Assembly (NCBI GenBank): GCA_019828565.1
Contig: JAHDYR010000005.1
Coordinates: 1,189,842-1,253,841 of the forward strand
From: Carpediemonas membranifera BICM
Taxonomy: Eukaryota; Protista; Fornicata
DNA: 64,000 nt
Direction: 5' to 3'
Shown: piece by piece, positions 9,566-20,020 of the stretch
Layout: each line of letters begins with the position of its first letter
Numbering within the stretch: the first letter of the stretch is position 1
Notes under the pieces: model-generated
Databases searched by the model: none
The model's input: the letters and a program-made list of their open reading frames with translations, nothing else
Told to the model about the DNA's origin: nothing
Made by a program: the position numbers and the translations under genes

Positions 9566-11346
9566 CCGCCCAGCCTAATTACTGCTGTTCTATCTCTACT
9601 TACCATCAAATTCTTTGAGGCATTTGCCCTCATTTCATGCTCTTCTATGATCTCTAGCATCCACTCCGCTAGTCTCTTTGCCTCCTCTGGTGTGTCTGCA
9701 GTGACTGCCGTGTCATCGACGAACATGGTTAGGTTGCCTGGCAGGGGATCTTACCTTGGTTCAATTCTCTTTGGTGCTTCTCTGATGTCGTAGTTCTCTT
9801 TTGTTGCTTTCTTCCTTGCCAGGTACGGCCAGTTTGCCATGTATAACAGGAACAAAGTAGGTGCAAGAACGCATCCTTGCTTCACCCCTCTGTTTGTTCT
9901 CTCCCACCTGGTAGCTCCTTTCACTGTGATCCACGTCTCCTCTAAGGTACTCTGTATTGCCCTGATGAGGTGACTCTTGACTCCCATCCTTTCCAGCTTG
10001 TCCATCAGGATGTCTCGTGGGACGGTGTCATATGCTTTCTCTATGTCTAGGAATATCGACGTGGTACCTTTGCCACTCTGGTGTCTCTGGACTATGTATT
10101 GAATCTGCTGGATCACCTCCTTCTCAGTCTGGAACCCTGCTTGTTCTCTTGGTATATAACTCTTCGTTGCTTGTTCCAGTCTGTTCTTCAGCAGCCTTCC
10201 GTAAACTCTATATAGTAACGGCGTGAGCGATATTGGCCTATAGCTCTCTGCCTTGACCTTGGACTTTCCGGTCTTGTGTATGGCCGATATGGTCGCGTAC
10301 TTCCATGTGGTCGGGATCTGGCCTTCTCTATAAATTTTGTTGATCAGCCTCGTAATTTCTCTGATGCTTTTCGTGCTTAGGTCTCTGATCATTTCTCCTG
10401 ACACTTGGTCCGGCCCCATGGCCGTGTCTCTCTTTATTCTCTTGATCGCTGCTTGAACCTCTACTGCTTGGAACTCTCTCTTTGGCGCATGCCCCTCCCA
10501 GCTTCTCCACACAGGGTCTCTCCCTTGGCTTACTGTTGCATATTGCTTCAGTCAGCCTCAGTCTCCGATGACTGTTTTGTCTGTTGTTATACATCCGTCT
10601 TTGATTAAACTGTTAGGCATTCCCTTGTATTGGTTTTCACACCACCATCTCTTGATTGCTCCTTCTATGACCACTCTGCTAGCTCTGTATCCAGCTTTGA
10701 TGCTGGACTCAACATCTTGCACCCAGTCTATGCGCATTTTTTCTCTAAAATCTCGGAGTTCTCTTTGCAATGTTTCCTTTTTCCTCAAATTCCCGTCCTC
10801 ACTCCAGGGGGTGAGACCGATTTCGGACCACACTGCTGTTGTATACACCGGGTCTCTCTCTGTTTTCCTCTTCCTAGAGCGCGGTATCTCTTCTCCTATG
10901 TCTCTCCTGACTCTTGTTTCCCATTGGTCTATTGATTGATTGGGTTTTAGGTGACTTACTCCGGCGCTGCCTTCTCTTGCCTTCATTGGCCATACATTCG
11001 CGTTCGCAATGTCAACCCACTCCTCCTGGCTATCTCTCTTGTTGAAGTCTCTCTCTTCCCAGGTGAGAATGATTCCCTCATGGGCTGAGCCCCAGACCCC
11101 CAGGTTGCCCGAATCAATCACTTCCGCCGAACAACTCTGGATATTCCTTGATACCAGTGCATAGTCTGGTGTGGTACCGGCTGAGGCGTAGGAGGGTCTC
11201 ACCGGAGCTATTACCCTGAGGCCATAGTCTCTCAGTAGCTGCCTCCATCTACCACTTCTGTTCATACCTGATGCTGGTTCGTTCCAGTCTCCAACTAGTA
11301 TGACCTCCATATTCCCTTTTGTTTCTAGTAAGTCTCTAATATCATT
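9566..11346 (-). pseudogene. LINE-A ORF2 N-terminal part (APE fragment plus RT), frameshifted
   Basis: ORFs 10558-11346 and 9751-10512: YRPISL, QAGF, DIEKAYD, GVKQG; MFVDD near 9713-9727. Confidence 0.9.
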
Positions 11347-11361
11347 GGCACAGCCGCTCAG

Positions 11362-12145
11362 CACCGCCTTGCGCTGCTCAAACTCCGCAAACACATTCGC
11401 GCTTCGAATCCCGACCTAAAAGCGCACAGCTACAGCCCACTTCCGGACCTCACCGTTCGGACCGTGATCCGCGGCCTGGCCCTGAAAGGGTACGACACTA
11501 CCGCCGAGCCACTGTACGAGGCAGTCATCGAGCGGGACGACAGCGGCACTTGGCGGACCGCCGCTGAGTGCTTACAGGCCCTCCAGGATCTGGAGATCGA
11601 CCACCAGGGCGACGTCATCATCCCTTGGCGCGCATTCGCCACTCCTGCCCCGCCAAAGACCCAGAAGAGTGACAAGAAGAAGCGTGACAACAACCGACCT
11701 CCCGGCAGCAACCAGCAAAACAACGCTCGGGAGGGGCAAGACGGCAAGCCTCGTCCTAAGATCGTCCCCGGCCCTGACCCCTACGTTCAGTTCAAGGATA
11801 AGGACCACTACACCATCAACAGCAGCAAGTACTGCGATACCCACGGATGGCAAGGACACACCACCAAGGAGTGCAAGGGCATTCTCGTCAAGCCCAAGGC
11901 CGAAGTGGATGAGGTCCTCTCGACCCCTGACGCCATCACGGTCCCGGTCACGATCGGCGGCAGCGTGACCCGCCCCAGCAAGCTCGACAGCGGTGCCGAT
12001 GTCTGTATCGCCAGCGAGGCTTTAGCCAACCTGCTGCCCACCGAAAGAGTCCCCTCGGACTTGGTCTTACGTGCTGCCGATGACCGCGTCATCTCAACCG
12101 GAGAAAAGGTCAATGTGCTCATCTCGATTGGAATCGGGACTAAGC
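11362..12145 (+). pseudogene. Gypsy-1b gag C-terminus plus aspartic protease
   Basis: IIPWRAF, YCDTHGWQGHTTKEC, LDSGA. Confidence 0.85.
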
Positions 12146-13335
12146 AGTGACAGTAGCACCAGAACTGTAGCTTCCCAACTACACTGACATACTGTTTGCC
12201 CGACACGCATGAGGCCTCCAGTAGTGCCTCTACAGCTGTCTTGTACTTGGTCGCTCTCTCCTGGGAGATCGATACCTGCTGCAGGGTTGTGTCTAGAATG
12301 ACACCCAAGAACTCGAGGCGTTGCACTGGCGTCAGGATAGACTTCTCGGCGTTGATGACGAGGCCCAAGTCCTTCATAATCCTGAGGATGGCTGGCACGG
12401 CTTGGGTCATGTGCCCTCTCGACGGGTGTAAGAACAGCCAGTCGTCGAGGTAGACGACTACGGATATCCCAGTCAGCTTCCGAACTATCTTCGCGGCCTC
12501 TATCATTATGGACTGGAAGATGAATGGAGAGGCCTGCCAGCCGAAGCCCAGCACATTGTATTTGTAGTACCCCCTGGCCGTCTGAAGGCCTAGGAGTGAG
12601 GAGTCCTCCTCCCTCACTCCTATCTGGTGGTAACCAGCTTTGAGGTCTAGTTTCATCATGTGGTAGTCCCGGCCGAGCAGAGATATGGCTCGTCGGTAAT
12701 TCCCCTCAGGCGGAACGTTTGAGTCTCCCGTGTGACTTTGTTGAGTTCTCTCAAGTCGTGAATGACCCTGATGTCCTGGAGGCCCTTTGGCACGGAGAAA
12801 ATCGGCGAGACCAGCCGAAGGGAGGCTGGGGAAACTGGGGAGAGAGCCCCCGAGAGGACCAGGTCGTCGAGGATGGCTTGGATTCGCGGACAGGAGGAGG
12901 GTTTCGACGGCGGGGGAGATGGGGGACCAGTCAGGTCTATGGGAACCTCGTCCCTTAGCCATGCCACTACCTGAGGAGACGCACCAAGGTGTTCCCACCA
13001 CACCCAGCGACGGTTCGCGGATGGGAAAGTTACTTGGCTCGGCGGTTGTTTGGATGGGGGTCCCGAAAAAAAATCCTTAGCCTTGCGCTTAACTGGGGGG
13101 GTGCGTTGCTTAGAGAGGATCGTGATGTATGTGTCCTTCACCTGCTGCTCGGTCTGGAGCTCGTCTCGAGCTAGAAGGTCGTCGAACTTCGCCTTGAGGA
13201 CGAGGGCGAAAGCGGGGTCCTCGTATGTGTCCTTGACGTAGAGGAAGTAGTAGCGACAGACCATCTTAATGGCGATCTTGTTGGGCGTGCATTTGGAGAA
13301 GAGAAAGTCCTCGAACATCTCCTCGAGGTTCTCAG
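12146..13335 (-). mobile_element. YR (DIRS-order) retroelement fragment Z: gag 3' part plus RT; gag 5' part lies at 37878-37990
   Basis: DLKAGYHQ, LGFGW..SPFIF, YLDDWL; homologous to RT at 40423-42153; gag rejoins in frame across Gypsy-2 (..GMREEA|ENLEEMF..). Confidence 0.85.
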
Positions 13336-13460
13336 TGTGGCAGTGTGCCAATCAAATATTTTATTTGATTGGCGATTCGATCCGCCATTCCGGTCGACAC
13401 TGTTGTGTCGACTTATCTTTGACTAAAGCACCAAGTTGTTTTTCCGTCCTCTCGAGCACA
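13336..13460 (+). repeat. Gypsy-2 5' LTR (125 bp)
   Basis: Matches 37753-37877 except a flipped 3-nt hairpin loop and one SNP. Confidence 0.93.
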
Positions 13461-13478
13461 GTATTAATACTCTCCATC

Positions 13479-14658
13479 ATGGTGTTGCCTACTCCCATAG
13501 AGCAGCCCAGTATCCCCTTGGCCGGTCTTTCCGCCGACTCCTGGCGGGCCGCCAAGCGCTCATTCAGAAAGTTCCAGGTATACTACCCCGAGGCCAAGAT
13601 CTCCCTGTTTTTAGACGACGACCTCTACAACGCCCTCGAGCTCCAGTTCGATGCCGATCTGGACACGCTCACTGACGAAGAGGTGGGTCACCTCATCGAG
13701 CGTCTGATCGCTCCAAGAGACCTACTCTCACTCAAGGAACGTCTCGATAAGATTGTCTGTGCCGTGGACGCAACGCACAAGAAGTCTAGAATCGTTCTAG
13801 TCCGAGACTATATCCACCGCTTCAACGAGGTTTTTAACCTGCACACCGTACTACAACGTGATGACGACAACGACTCCGACTCCGAATCCGACAGCAGCTC
13901 CGACAGCGACTACGAAGAAGCAGCCATCGTCCCTGTAAGGCACGTCGACGGTGATGCCCCTGATGACGACGATCCCGATCCTCAATCCCCCTCAGGCTTT
14001 CTGAAAGACTGTATGAGGATCTTCACCGACAACCTACGTCCGAAGCCCTTCAAGGAGGTCATGAAGTTCAAGAAGGCTGAACGCAAGCCCACCGCCATGG
14101 ATGATCTCCAGCGCCTTGCCCTCCGCGTTGCCAAACGCGACGACAACGCCCGCGAGGAGGCTCTCCGCTACGGCTACTACGCCCAGAGCTCCACTCCAGC
14201 CAACAATAACGGCAACACCGGGCCCTCGGGTGACAACACCCGGCAGCCGGCACGCCCCTGTCGCCACTGTCAGGGCAACCACTTCGACCGAGATTGCCCC
14301 TCTCGTCAGTCACGTGGTCCCCAGACACAGGTCAACTTCGCGAAAAGCCGCGGAGCCGACGCCCTTAAGGTGCCCGCCTCATGCGGCACGTCCCACTTCC
14401 AAGCCATCATTGACACGGGCGCAGCAATCTCATGCACGAGTGATCGTTACGCAAAGATATGGCAGCTCCCCCGCACCAGCATCGACCCCGTGTCGGTCAC
14501 TCTCGCCGACGGCAGCTCAATCACCGTCAATCAGGCCGTAGATGCGCCCATCCTCTTCACAGGCCTCGCCGGATTCCCTGTCGCTGTCTCCGTCCGTTTC
14601 ATCATCCTCCCTGGCCGCCAGTGTCCTCTAATCGGGTGCGACACTCTCAGAGACCTCG
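13479..14658 (+). CDS. Gypsy-2 gag (CCHC knuckle) plus protease, interrupted
   Basis: CRHCQGNHFDRDC, IIDTGA, LIGCD. Confidence 0.9.
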
Positions 14659-15333
14659 AAAGAAAGAAAGAAATTTAACGTATCCTGTACACCTGTGTAA
14701 ATCAGGGAATTACCAGTTTGCACCACCCCATGTCCCCGGGAACGCCTTAGCGTGTTGACTTCCCTTCGTGAGCGAGCCTGATACTACGTTGGGGGCGTTA
14801 GCACCATCACCGTCAGGGTCCAGCTGGTAAGGCTGGGTAGTCCCTTGCATGTTGACCTATCAACTGGCTGGCCCGATACCCCCAAAGTCGGGATAACCCA
14901 GGTCTTACTCTTGGGGGTCCTTCGGGCCCCCGTTCTGCCTGGCACCCGCAAGGCCTTGCCCTGCACACCCGCCACCGGGGCCTTCTGCTCGGTTTCCCCC
15001 TACAGGGCTCCTCTCAGGGATATGTTCTCCATACCATTCGACCCAGTTTGCAATTTTTCAGGCACCCGCCGAAGCGGTTTCGGGCTTGGCGTTTGCCGTA
15101 CCACGCAATTGGGCCAGTTATGAAACCCACCGATCATCGCTGGGTAGCTATATGATTCACGGCTGCGTTCGGGCTCTTCCACACTTTCCGTTCCGGCATG
15201 GATCCCCTCTTCAAGGATTTGTTCCCTATAGGGCTTCTTCCTAGCTTCCGGCTGGTTCCAAGTTTTGGGTGCCGGGCCGTTCGGCGCAGCTCTGATTTGG
15301 TCCAGGTGCCGCCCAGGTGGTATTGTTGCCATG

Positions 15334-15385
15334 CAGTCAATTCTGGTACCTTTTCTGGAACAAATGGTTCCAGAATTGGTTCCAG
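15334..15385 (+). repeat. Left TIR (52 bp, CAGTCAATTCTGG..)
   Basis: Perfect inverted match; internal TTCTGG(A/T)AC subrepeats. Confidence 0.93.
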
Positions 15386-16624
15386 AATGCCAGAAAAAAT
15401 GGCATTTGCAAGAAAAACTAAACGCGTTCAAACAATTTAGCGACGCCTTGCCACGGGGTGTAAAGCAATATGCAACTAATACTGGGCCCAAGGAACGTTG
15501 ATACGTACTGCTCTCATGAACTCACTCACTTTTCAGCAGAGCTCGACCAAAAACTAACAGAGGCTTGCCCGAGGTGTGCTTAAGCCAGCTCCAACTCTCT
15601 CTCAGTCTGTGACAGCTCCCCCAAAAAATTATTCTTGCTCAAAGTTGAGGTTTTCGGGAAATACTGCCAAAAAGTTTGCTTCTGCTCAAGAACGGGGGAT
15701 GCGCGTTGGATACCGACACCGTTACGTAACAGTTTAACATTCATTATAACAGCGCTAGCCTCCAGATTTCCTTGCGCACGCCTTTATCTGGAGAAAATAG
15801 CACAAACTTTCGCAAGCAAACGCAAATCGATGAAAAATATGTTTCATGTCCAACGGGCTAAAACTGAGCACAGTGTTATTCATCCTTCTATTCTACTAGT
15901 TTATCACTTCAAAAGGATCTGAACTTCAGTATTGATGGTGTTATAGGCACTGGTTCGGTTCGAGTCAAAACTGACTAAACTGTGACGACGGCTAGGTGTT
16001 GAAACATGCCATACTCACTCGTAGCGTGGCGCTTAATAGTGCCAGAATTGCTTCACTGCCACAAATCAATGGAGGTTCATGTTTGTGCATAAAGTACACA
16101 AACATGAGAAGACACGAATTCGTCACTGAATTAGAGACGATGCGCATAAGAATCAAAGATTTGGTTCAAATAGAGGAATACTACCTCTTTGCAGACGATA
16201 TCGCGAAGGAATACCTTGATGTTGCGTCCATATACCTGATGAAGGCAATCCTACGTTCTCAGTGAGGCAACTAGCAAACATGAACCGTATCAAGAGACAA
16301 ATATTGAAGCACTCCCCGTCCACATCATGTTTGATAAATTTTCTGGTGTCATTCTGCTGTTAATATCAGACAAGCAAACAACGTAGTGATGCGGAGAGAC
16401 CGCGTGGCAGGGCATGATGCACCTGTTGATACCAGGAGCGCTGTCTGGTATGATGATTAATTGCAACGAACGCGATCACCGGAAATTACCTTACCTTACC
16501 TTACCTGCAGGTACCATGGGTGTTCGTTTTCGTCTCTAAACGCCATCGTGTAAGAGCATAAAGAGCATTTTCTGTTTACTGTGCCGTTGGGGGATTGATG
16601 GCGCTGGCGTAGGGGTGCTGTGTA

Positions 16625-17619
16625 GGCGCCAGGGATGAGGCGCCAGAGATGAGGCGCCATGAATGAGGCGCCAGGATGAGGCGCCAGAGATGAGGCGCCA
16701 GGGATGAGGCGCCAGGATGAGGCGCCAGGATGAGGCGCCAGGGATGAGGCGCCAGGGATGAGGCGCCAGAGATGAGGCGCCATGAATGAGGCGCCAGGAT
16801 GAGGCGCCAGGGATGAGGCGCCAGGATGAGGCGCCAGAGATGAGGCGCCAGGGATGAGGCGCCAGGATGAGGCGCCAGGGATGAGGCGCCAGAGATGAGG
16901 CGCCATGAATGAGGCGCCAGAGATGAGGCGCCAGGGATGAGGCGCCAGGATGAGGCGCCAGAGATGAGGCGCCAGGGATGAGGCGCCAGGATGAGGCGCC
17001 AGGGATGAGGCGCCAGAGATGAGGCGCCATGAATGAGGCGCCAGAGATGAGGCGCCAGGGATGAGGCGCCAGGATGAGGGCGCCAGAGATGAGGGCGCCA
17101 GGAATGAGGCGCCAGGATGAGGCGCCAGGGATGAGGCGCCAGAGATGAGGCGCCAGGGATGAGGCGCCAGGAATGAGGCGCCAGGATGAGGCGCCAGGAT
17201 GAGGCGCCAGGGATGAGGCGCCAGGATGAGGCGCCAGGATGAGGGCGCCAGAGATGAGGCGCCAGGATGAGGCGCCAGGATGAGGGCGCCAGAGATGAGG
17301 CGCCAGGGATGAGACGCCAGAGATGAGGCGCCAGGGATGAGGCGCCAGGAATGAGGCGCCAGGATGAGGCGCCAGGATGAGGGCGCCAGAGATGAGGCGC
17401 CAGGGATGAGACGCCAGGGATGAGGCGCCAGGGATGAGGCGCCAGGGATGAGGCGCCAGAGATGAGGCGCCAGGGATGAGGCGCCAGGATGAGGCGCCAG
17501 GGATGAGGCGCCAGGATGAGGCGCCAGAGATGAGGCGCCAGGAATGAGGCGCCAGAGATGAGGCGCCAGGGATGAGGCGCCAGGGATGAGGCGCCAGGGA
17601 TGAGGCGCCAGGAATGAGG
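16625..17619. repeat. Minisatellite A1, 13-15-bp unit GGCGCCAGGGATGA
   Basis: About 70 tandem units visible. Confidence 0.97.
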
Positions 17620-17984
17620 AGTACAGTATTAGAACCCCGAAAACACCATAATACCAACACCAATGAGCTTCATCAAAGAAAAGATATGCTCACTGGCGCC
17701 GGTTATGGCGTTTTCGGGGTTCGTCGACCATTCTGCTCCCAAATCTGCACCTGTATTTTCGTGAGCATGCCCGGGAGCTGGGCCTGACGAGTGATACCGC
17801 AGGGACCACGCTCAGATGCTCAGGCTCTGCCAGGCGGCACTCGTCAGAATTCTGCACGAAAAAATTCAGACGACGAATGATGGGCAAGGGCCGCGAAAAC
17901 GCTGAAGTACCAGCGCAAGTAGAGCGGTTTGCAATAAAATAGCTTACTTGCGCTGGTGCTGGCGTTTTCGGGGCCCTGAATTGC

Positions 17985-19010
17985 CTCCGGGCGCTCTCCC
18001 GGCGCTCTATCCCCCGGGCGCTCTCCCGGGCTTCTCTCTCCAGGGCTCTTCTCCCGGGCTTCTCTCTCCCGAGTTCTTCTCCCCCGGGCGCTCTCCCGCC
18101 GCTCTATCCCCCGGGCTCTTCTCCCCCGGGCGCTCTCTCGGGCTTCTCTCTCCAGGGCTCTTCTCCCGGGCTTCTCTCTCCCGCGCTCTTCTCCCCCGGG
18201 CGCTCTCCCAGGCTTCTCTCTCCCGGGCTCCTCTCTCCCGGGCGCTCTCCCGGGCTTCTCTCTCCCGGGCTCTTCTCCCCCGGGCGCTCTCCGCCGCTCT
18301 ATCCCCCGGGCTCTTCTCCCCCGGGCGCTCTCCCGGGCTTCTCTCTCCCGCGCTCTTCTCCCCCGGGCGCTCTCCCGGGCTCCTCTCTCCCGGGCTCCTC
18401 TCTCCCGGGCGCTCTCCCAGGCTTCTCTCTCCCGGGCTCCTCTCTCCCGGGCGCTCTCCCGGGCTTCTCTCTCCCGGGCTCTTCTCCCCCGGGCGCTCTC
18501 CCGGGCTTCTCTCTCCCGCGCTCTTCTCCCCCGGGCGCTCTCCCGGGCTCCTCTCTCCCGGGCTCCTCTCTCCCGGGCTTCTCTCTCCCGGGCTCTTCTC
18601 CCCCGGGCGCTCTCCCGGGCTTCTCTCTCCCGCGCTCTTCTCCCCCGGGCGCTCTCCCGGGCTCCTCTCTCCCGGGCTCCTCTCTCCCGGGCGCTCTCCC
18701 AGACTTCTCTCTCCCGGGCGCTCTCCCGGGCTTCTCTCTCCCGCGCTCTTCTCCCCCGGGCGCTCTCCCAGGCTTCTCTCTCCCGGGCTCCTCTCTCCCG
18801 GGCGCTCTCCCGGGCTTCTCTCTCCCGGGCTCTTCTCCCCCGGGCGCTCTCCCGGGCTCCTCTCTCCCGCGCTCTTCTCCCCCGGGCGCTCTCCCGGGCT
18901 CCTCTCTCCCGCGCTCTTCTCCCCCGGGCTCCTCTCCCCTGGGCTCTTCTCCCCCGGGCTCTATCCTCCGGGGCTCCTGTCCCCAGCGCTGTTTCCCAGG
19001 CGCTCTGCTC
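17985..19010. repeat. Minisatellite B1, 12/15-bp units CTCTCCCGGG(CG/CT)-type
   Basis: Tandem pyrimidine-rich units. Confidence 0.97.
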
Positions 19011-19473
19011 TCTCCAGCGTCCTCACTCGTAAATGTACGTTGCTGTCTTGTCTGCTTGATCTGATTTCATTTAGTGTGCACTTTAGGGGATAGTTTCATT
19101 GCAACGCCAAAATGGCGAGTTCAGGTTGTAGCAATGATCTGATGCGCGGAATGTACTAGAAAACATTGCAATTACAACGCAAAGCAGCGAAAAGCGGAGA
19201 AATCAACATCAATAACAACATCAACACCAAAAGAACAGTATCCCAAAGAATTGTGGGCGTTGCTGCGCCAAAGAGCAATAAATGACCACAAAGCATTCGC
19301 TTATGCACAATTAGCTGCCAGAAAGAACACTACACCGTTACTTTGGATCATCCCAGTTCGCCGGAGATGACGCAGGTCCAGAACGCTGCCTTGGAGGGCT
19401 GGTGAAGCGGTTGTGTAGCGCTTACTCGCCTGGCCTTTGGGGCTCTCTCAACATCCTTCCAGACTACTGCATT

Positions 19474-19887
19474 GTCATTCACCGGAGGAGCAGGCCAGAG
19501 TCACTTGCCATCTGGCGCATCATGAGGAGATATTGGAATGTGTTGATGTGTTTATTGACTAAATGAGCTGGAATTAGGCGGGTTTGATGTTGCTTACATG
19601 TTCTGTGGCATGCCTGATGTCCAAAGATGTATTTTGGCACAGTGATGTTGTTTAGTGTGCTCATAGCTGACCGCATAGTTATCTGACGTCAATGTGTCGT
19701 GTTGATGGCAACAAATCGATGGTAGCTCGCACGTTTGAGGTAGTTGCTTGTTGCATCGATGCAACGCACTTTAAGGATTAACCACCTGCACCCCATAGCC
19801 GTTTCCTAAGGCCAGATACGGTCCTCTGTAGCGTATATACACGCGTGAATTGGGACTAGATGGGACTAGATGCAGTGTTGTGGCATG
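19474..19887 (+). repeat. 414-bp direct repeat S1 (S2 at 24520-24933), bounding the YR-like/OTU-like cassette
   Basis: Near-identical copies. Confidence 0.93.
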
Positions 19888-20020
19888 CCCGGTCTAGCTG
19901 AATCCACAAATGTGGATCGGCTCGGGCTGCCGTATAGGTGGCCTGCTCTGGACTTATGGCTGGAGATACAGTTGGCAGGTAGTTGACTCGTACATGCTCA
20001 TATGGACAACCGACGGCCAT

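Larger units (their letters stand above)
2745..11346 (-). mobile_element. LINE-A: 5'-truncated APE-RT non-LTR retrotransposon, interrupted by Gypsy-1
   Basis: 15-bp TSD GGCACAGCCGCTCAG at 2730-2744 and 11347-11361; (CTT)n tail at 2745-2758; APE GDWN, PDY and SAH motifs; RT motifs. Confidence 0.92.
1890..12145 (+). mobile_element. Gypsy-1b element (5' LTR, gag-protease), split by LINE-A and truncated at about 12145
   Basis: Removing LINE-A and one TSD copy restores an in-frame gag (..LYGTAAQHRLALLKLRK..) collinear with Gypsy-1 gag. Confidence 0.8.
16450..19430 (+). repeat. Long direct repeat copy 1 (VNTR-A, spacer, VNTR-B module); copy 2 at 25002-26798
   Basis: Unique parts near-identical between copies; array lengths differ. 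Confidence 0.9.

Noticed and set aside
11808-13001. 397-aa ORF as a single gene
   Set aside because: Chimera: DIRS-type RT running into antisense Gypsy-1b protease at about 12145, with an off-frame N-terminus.
13269-13478. N-terminal extension of Gypsy-2 gag
   Set aside because: Reads through flanking DNA and the LTR; the plausible start is the ATG at 13479.
16625-17619. CRISPR array or telomeric tract
   Set aside because: Contiguous 13-15-bp units with no unique spacers and no cas genes; internal to a TIR element and present twice.
16536-19093. 375-aa and 381-aa ORFs as established proteins
   Set aside because: They are translations of stop-free minisatellites; coding is unproven, so they are listed as repeats.
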